Shown piece after piece: positions 57,143 through 64,000 of a stretch of DNA of 64,000 bases; the stretch's first letter is position 1; the number at the start of each line of letters is the position of its first letter. The position numbers and the translations under genes were made by a program. Source of the stretch: Eledone cirrhosa. Lineage: Eukaryota. The stretch spans positions 38,874,001 through 38,938,000 of the forward strand of contig OZ024751.1 of assembly GCA_964016885.1 (NCBI GenBank), written 5' to 3'. Under the pieces are notes generated by a model, which saw nothing but the letters and a program-made list of their open reading frames with translations, had not been told where the DNA came from and made no database searches.

Positions 57143-57272
57143 AGATATGGTTTTATAAATATAGTTTCCATTTATTTAATATCGTAAATATACTCCAAAT
57201 ACTTGTCGAGTGCTTTTATATCAGTTATTAATATTTACTAGTTGTAACCCAACAATTTAAATATAACTTTCC

Positions 57273-57384
<112 letters not shown>

Positions 57385-58006
57385 AAATAAGCCATAGGAA
57401 TATATGGGGAAAGAGAAAGAGCGAGAACGTGCGCGAGAAACGGAGGGTGTGAAAGGTTGGGAGAAAAAGAAAGATACGAACGCGAGGAGAGGTCCGAGAG
57501 AGAAAGGGGAAAAGGTAATAACTCCTCTGGAAATAAAATAAAAATGAAGAGATGTCAGGATAATTCAAATGAATCTATAAGACATATCAATCAATCTACT
57601 TGAAGGTCTGTCAAACAGTCAGTTTTTTTTTTGCTTTCTTTTGCTACGGGAATATTTCACCCCCTACAATTGTATATTATACTTCGTTATTTATAGCATG
57701 TATTTATAGCATCTTTTGTAAACTGGTTATTTTAGTTACATTGCGGTGATGTTTGTTTGGTTTACGGGATTATTACACTTGGTGGTACAATTGTTAGAGT
57801 GCCTGTTGATATTGTTGTTGATGCTGATGTTGCTGTTGATGATAATCCGCGGGATATGAATGATTTTGTTGTTTTCGTTTTTAGATGACACTTACATATA
57901 TGAATTGATATCGATCTTATATCTGCTTAAATAATCTAAACTTACATTATCTAGTTAATTTGAAATACACCTAATTCGAGAAACGAATATGAAACAAACC
58001 CTCCAA

Positions 58007-58063
<57 letters not shown>

Positions 58064-58515
58064 CCTGTCTGTGTGCGTGTATATATATATATATATATAT
58101 ATGCAGAAAGACAGAGAGAGAGAGTGAGAGAAAGAGAGAGAGAGAGAGTGAGGGATGGAGAGGTCCGAGTAATGTATAAAACTTAACTGAAAACAGACGA
58201 AGTTACATTTGTTGCGTCAAGAGATGGGTAGTCTACGACATAACTATATTGGGTCACACCCATGATAGCAGAGCATCTGACGGAATACTTAGGGTCAGTT
58301 TTAGAGTCATGGCCATGGAGAAGTAGGAGCGACTTCGTAATGTACAATTTGACTTGAGCATCTAAACTTGGCAAAGCCCATTCTCTCCATGTCCGGATTC
58401 AATTTTCTCTAGAGAAATAAAGAAAAAGGAGATAAAGGTAGTCTCTCTCTCTCACTCTATATATATATATATATATGAAATATAAGAATCAAAGAACTGT
58501 TCAAAACATTATTGT

Positions 58516-58560
58516 GCTTACAGCTGTTTCCTCCAAACCGAGATTTGGATTCTTCGGAGC
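58516..58560 (-). ncRNA. Minimal hammerhead motif, CCGAAGA core variant
   Basis: gct-CCGAAGA-a-tccaaa tctcgg tttgga-g-GAAAC-agct-GTA-agc. Palindromic ACAGCTGT. Confidence 0.6.
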
Positions 58561-59247
58561 CATTTATTAATGAATGGACAGTTATATGACCTCCTTTTCA
58601 GCCAAGAGACATACCGATACATATGCAAATATTGTGGGTCAACATTCATTACAGAATTTAGAGTGGCAGTACACACTTCGAGATTACATTCATATTAAAA
58701 TACAACATTCATATTAAAATATAACTGCAAAAGGTTTTTGTATTTACATAACCATAAATAGTATAATTAATACTATATATATATATATATCCCCTTCTCT
58801 CTCTGTGAATAAATGGGTTCTGCGACATATGTGATCTTTTGTTCGCTGATATGTAAGAGAGGTCTCCAGGTTTTTTATGATGAGTTAGTTTGTATTAAGT
58901 AAAATAATATTTGTATCTCGGGCTTGATTGTTCAAATATAGGCTGAGCAACGGTGCTAATAATGAGGATGACGATGATGATGATGATGATGATGATGATG
59001 CTGATGATATCGGTAGTGATGATGTGAAACATATATGGACGCAGGTGGCAGTTGGAAACGAAGACAGTAGACCGGAAGTAAAATATCTGTTTGCTATGAC
59101 CAGGTTATTTGAAAATGTTTCGATATTAAACTATATAACTCCATGTTAGAGAGTGATAGAGGAGAAGAAATATTATTGTGAGAGGAAGAGATAACAGATG
59201 TTTCTCATAAAAATGAGATGTTGGTAGTACTTCGTATACATATTATA

Positions 59248-59769
<522 letters not shown>

Positions 59770-59812
59770 TGAATATACACACAGACACACATGCCATACA
59801 TATATACCTATA

Positions 59813-59965
59813 TGAATCCCGGGTTCAATCGGGGATGCACACAGTAGGTAAGGTACTCAATACATTAGTAGAGTGCAAACATCATGTTTAATATAAAAAA
59901 AGCTTCTACAGGGCCAGCACCATTTCATTCAAAATAAATCATTAAGCTTTCCTGGTAATTTCTAT
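59813..59965 (-). mobile_element. Diverged relative of the 52491-52541 HHR element, with tail
   Basis: aagcttctacaggg..tttcattcaaaataaatcattaag aligns to 52487-52535. Tail gtactcaatacattagtagagtg resembles the family A tail. Confidence 0.6.
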
Positions 59966-59967
59966 TT

Positions 59968-59998
<31 letters not shown>

Positions 59999-60102
59999 TA
60001 TTTTAATAAATATATATATATATATTTATATATATATTATATATATATATATATACATATATATAGATTACATGAAACAAAGTTCTGTTTAATTCATTTA
60101 TC

Positions 60103-60149
60103 TGCTTACAATTGTTTCTTCTAAACCGAGGTTTGGAGTCTTCGGAGCA
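60103..60149 (-). ncRNA. Minimal hammerhead motif, CCGAAGA variant (paralog of 58516-58560)
   Basis: tgct-CCGAAGA-ctccaaacc tc ggtttagaa-GAAAC-aatt-GTA-agca. Palindromic ACAATTGT. Confidence 0.6.
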
Positions 60150-60699
60150 ATTATTCAGTGATTTTAAACATACTTGACCTCCTTTTCAACACAAGAGACA
60201 TATAGAAACATATGTATATATTGACCCACAGTGGGTTGACATCCATTATAATAATATAGCATGGTAATTTACATACAAAGATTACAGTCATATTATAGAC
60301 AAAATTAAAATTAAAATTAAACATTGGCAGTCTATTAAGATAAAGCAAAAGGATAGTTTGGAGTAGCCAGTGTATGCAGCAGTCACACGTGTGGCATGCA
60401 CGCGTGTCCTATTTATACAAGATTATAGTGCGGCAGATTGTTACAAGTAAAACAAGCAGTCAAAGCAGGCAATCAAGAGCGTCATGGGGGTGATCTGGTT
60501 AAGCATTATTTACACACACCTGTACGATATAGAAGCCCGTGTGTGGAGAAACACCAAAAATATCAAAAATATTACAAATGAGAAGCAAAACAGCACCACT
60601 GTCCTCGTACACACCACCACTCTCACAATCTAGGAAACGCAATTTATAGACTACATGCCCATCTCACAATCCACGATGATTCAACATTGGGTGCCTGGT

Positions 60700-61740
60700 G
60701 AACCATGCTAGGACATCACAGCTTGTCGTTCTTTAACTCGATTCATAGATCAGGTTGTTTTTGTTGTGAGAGATGACATCGTATTATATTCCAGAAGTGT
60801 GTGTTTGATTAAGGGGAGTTAATGCGTAAGGGGAGGTAACTAGCTGATTTCTATATTTAAATTTATTATCCTAAAGTACATTAATGGTGTCTCAAATGAG
60901 TTCCCATCATATAAGGTTATAAAAAATATCTAAATTTAAGTATCTTATCTATAAATTACAGTGTAGTCTATCGAGAAGTACTAAAGGTGTTCATATTAGG
61001 ATGAATACCTTTTATCATAGAGTGCCCCCACCGAACATTCCACATGAAGTGTCAGATCTCCAAATCAATGATCTTTGTAAGTGTAGTCCACCCGCAGGAC
61101 CTGGCAGGGTCTTATTAGAATCACTTCTATATATGACTCCTGGTAAGTTCTGGGTCATTGCATGACTGATTGCATGGCAAAGTTAAATATCACTCGGGTA
61201 GTCCAGAGATCAATTCTCACTTACAAAGACACTGATCTGACCATCAAGTCATACATGTATTTATAACTCATACATCACCTGTACATAATTCATTGCACTC
61301 AGCATAAAGATTATATAGCTCTTTTATGTTAATAAATTAATTACTTAATCTTCCATTTATCCAATGATGGCACTACATACACAGGACAATGTCATACAAC
61401 CAATTCCGTGCTTAAAGTTTACATTGGTGTAATGTAGTCTAAGAAATTGAAGGCCAATATACCAAAAGTAGAAGTACATGGGGATATCTCCAAGGTAAAA
61501 GGTACTAGGAGGATGTCACTATTTGCGTTAAAGAAGATTAATGGGTGTGGAGATGAGGTGTAAGGTGTGCCCCTGATGATTGCTGATAGAGGTGGTGACG
61601 GGTTCAAGTCTGACATTGTTATATATTGGGTTTAAAGTTTTGGAAGGAGTGTCGGAAGCGATGTTGGCAAGACGCGAACACTTCTAATTTTTTATTAAGG
61701 AGGTTATGGTTTGAGAAGATGATAGTATGGGTCTCTAGTA
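60700..61740 (-). pseudogene. Possible decayed Penelope-like retroelement RT / GIY-YIG relic
   Basis: ORF 61419-61616 contains FFNANSDILLVPFTLEIS..FNFLDYIT, resembling the PLE RT pattern (LN..hp.i.FT.E.E...l.FLDv.I). Downstream on the same strand is LPGVIYR (~61126-61146), resembling the GIY half-motif. An HHR-bearing repeat follows 3' at 60.1 kb. Boundaries approximate. Confidence 0.45.
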
Positions 61741-61810
61741 GACAGAGGTTACAAAATTATACAAAAATATACATATATATATATATATATTTATAATAAT
61801 TACATATACT

Positions 61811-61886
<76 letters not shown>

Positions 61887-63351
61887 CATACATACATACA
61901 CACACACATATATATATATGTGAGGGGGGTGGGGGTATGTATGTATATATAAGGGGGTGTTTGTGCGTGTGTGCGTATGTTTCTGTGTATAAATTTCTAA
62001 TTCAAATTTCAAGACTCACATAGTTATTTCCGTTTCTAGCACATCCTATTGGTGTAAGTTATTACCTCCTAAAAGCCAAGGGTTTCGATAATTTGCTTGC
62101 CATAATATGATTATCACTTAAAGAGCAGGTGCTACGCCATCACCAAAGTATAATACAATGTTTGCAATGAAATGATGTTTATATCTCTGATTTTGTTGTT
62201 TAAAATATGTTTTGGTAATTATTCCAGTTTCACTTTAAATCCCGTTTTTGCACGATGATTCATTAACGCAATATACAAGATTAGAAATCGAAAACAACGA
62301 AAAGAATACAGAGGAAAGTTGGAGAACTGCTAGGAAGAGACACGTCACTTATATCTATAAATGTAATCATATCTTTTTAACGAGCAGCTGATATAATATT
62401 CAATTCAATATTCATATATATATATGTATATGTAAGGAGGTTATGAGGACGCTGAGAGCAGTATATACAATTTAAACAATATATATATATCATAAATCCC
62501 TATATGTTAGCATGTTTATATATATACACACGTATGCTCGTGTATGTATGTATGTGCAAGAGTGTATTTTTCAATGGATGCCAGTGTATAAAGGACGGAG
62601 TTTCGACAAGTTTTTCATGATAGAAATTATCGCTGGCTAGCAAATACAAGTATTTCTATCATACATGTGTGCGTCTTTGTGCGTGTGTGTGTGTGTGTCC
62701 ATCTATCTGTGTGTAGGTGTGTGTAGGTGTGTGCGTGTGTGTATTGCATCGTCAAAGTTTCTTCTATGCTACAGTGAAACGATCTGTTTTCTAGCTCTCA
62801 ACAAGGGAAATAAGGAAATTAAAACTTAAGAAATATGTTTCAATTTTTAAGCTGGACATTAACAGGACATGACAGGTGTTTGTGTAGATATATATCTGAT
62901 TGCCTGGGATTCTTATTTCTATTATGAGTTTAGCTCAGTATTTAATAATAGGAACTAGGCATGAAGGATCGGATCGTCTTCAGAAGAGATTTCTGGTTTA
63001 TGTAATACTAAATGCTGGCGTGCTTTCATGCAGCTGGAAATATTTAATAAGATTTTCGCATCGTTGAATTTATCACTATATCTGATTGAGAGAGAAATCA
63101 TGTCCTTTCTTGTATCTTCTTCATCATTTTCTATGTTCACAGTTTTCACCAACAGAGATTCTTACTAACTGTCTCGTTCCTGTGAAACTATCACATTTTA
63201 GCATCATTGTATTTTTAGTGGGATTTATATTCTGTAAGGGTACCCAATGATTTAGCTACCAATAACTCTAGGATATTGTTAATTTATTTATAAATCTCCC
63301 CATCTCCCCAATATATGTATGTATGGATGGATGTGAGTATGCGTGTGTGTA

Positions 63352-63456
<105 letters not shown>

Positions 63457-64000
63457 ATGTAAGTATGTGAGTGAATAAGGGATTGAGTGTATATTTCACT
63501 CGTCTATCTTCCTGAAATTTTCTTTACCTCGCCCCCTGATTTCGATGAAGAAATGTCGTCCGAAACGTTGAGATATTTTTCCATCCAGCTTTAAACCTAT
63601 GCGCCATCATTGCATTGCATTCTTTTCTTGTGTTATACATCTTGTGTTTCTATAAAACAACCAAAGATGTTAATTGTACATTTGGTCAACTAAAGGTAAA
63701 AATTAAGTTGTCGTTGTGTTTATATATATATATATATGCTCTGTGAGTAATATAACCATGCTGTGAGTGCACCGTAAGCAATGGAGTAATCCAGAAGCTG
63801 CACATCAATCACACCTTTTGACTATCAACTCGCTTTGAGATTAAACCGCACATTGCCAAATATATAGTTATTTTCTCACTTTGTATGAATTATATATATA
63901 TATATATCAAGTAAGAATATTTTCGAAACAGCGAGTTGATTTGAAATTATTAGAAATGTAAGCTATCACCGTATTTTGACTAAAGAAATTAAAGAAATTA

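Larger units (their letters stand above)
56834..57240 (+). mobile_element. Foldback family B, copy 2: perfect 172-bp arms, 6-nt loop, plus tail
   Basis: 56834-57005 is the reverse complement of 57012-57183; loop ttcaac. Tail gtaaatatactccaaatacttgtcgagtgc. Confidence 0.95.

Noticed and set aside
62955-63152. 65-aa non-repetitive ORF as a possible terminal exon
   Set aside because: In-frame stops immediately upstream, no convincing splice acceptor in frame, and no recognisable domain. The CTGAAGA within it has no matching GAAA or stems.

Overview
Very AT-rich, microsatellite-saturated eukaryotic non-coding DNA (intergenic or a large intron). It is probably a cephalopod such as Octopus, inferred only from the (TA)n/(CA)n/(GA)n load and the SINE families. 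I find no credible host protein-coding exon, and almost all ORFs in the track are translations of simple repeats. Recognisable content: about 16 copies of one tRNA-derived SINE (several with target-site duplications), 2-3 copies of a second CORE-like SINE, a 3' fragment of an RTE-clade LINE, a decayed Penelope-like (PLE) RT/GIY-YIG relic, and a ~940 bp modular minisatellite. The main observation is a set of short non-coding elements sitting in (TA)n tracts that carry hammerhead-ribozyme (HHR) motifs on both strands. Several motifs are intact and show compensatory changes between copies. Many elements are built as foldback palindrome + unique 3' tail, including a perfect 172-bp-arm palindrome with an HHR on each strand and a family whose palindrome axis lies in what looks like HHR stem II. 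All pairings and alignments were done by eye; nothing was computed or searched.
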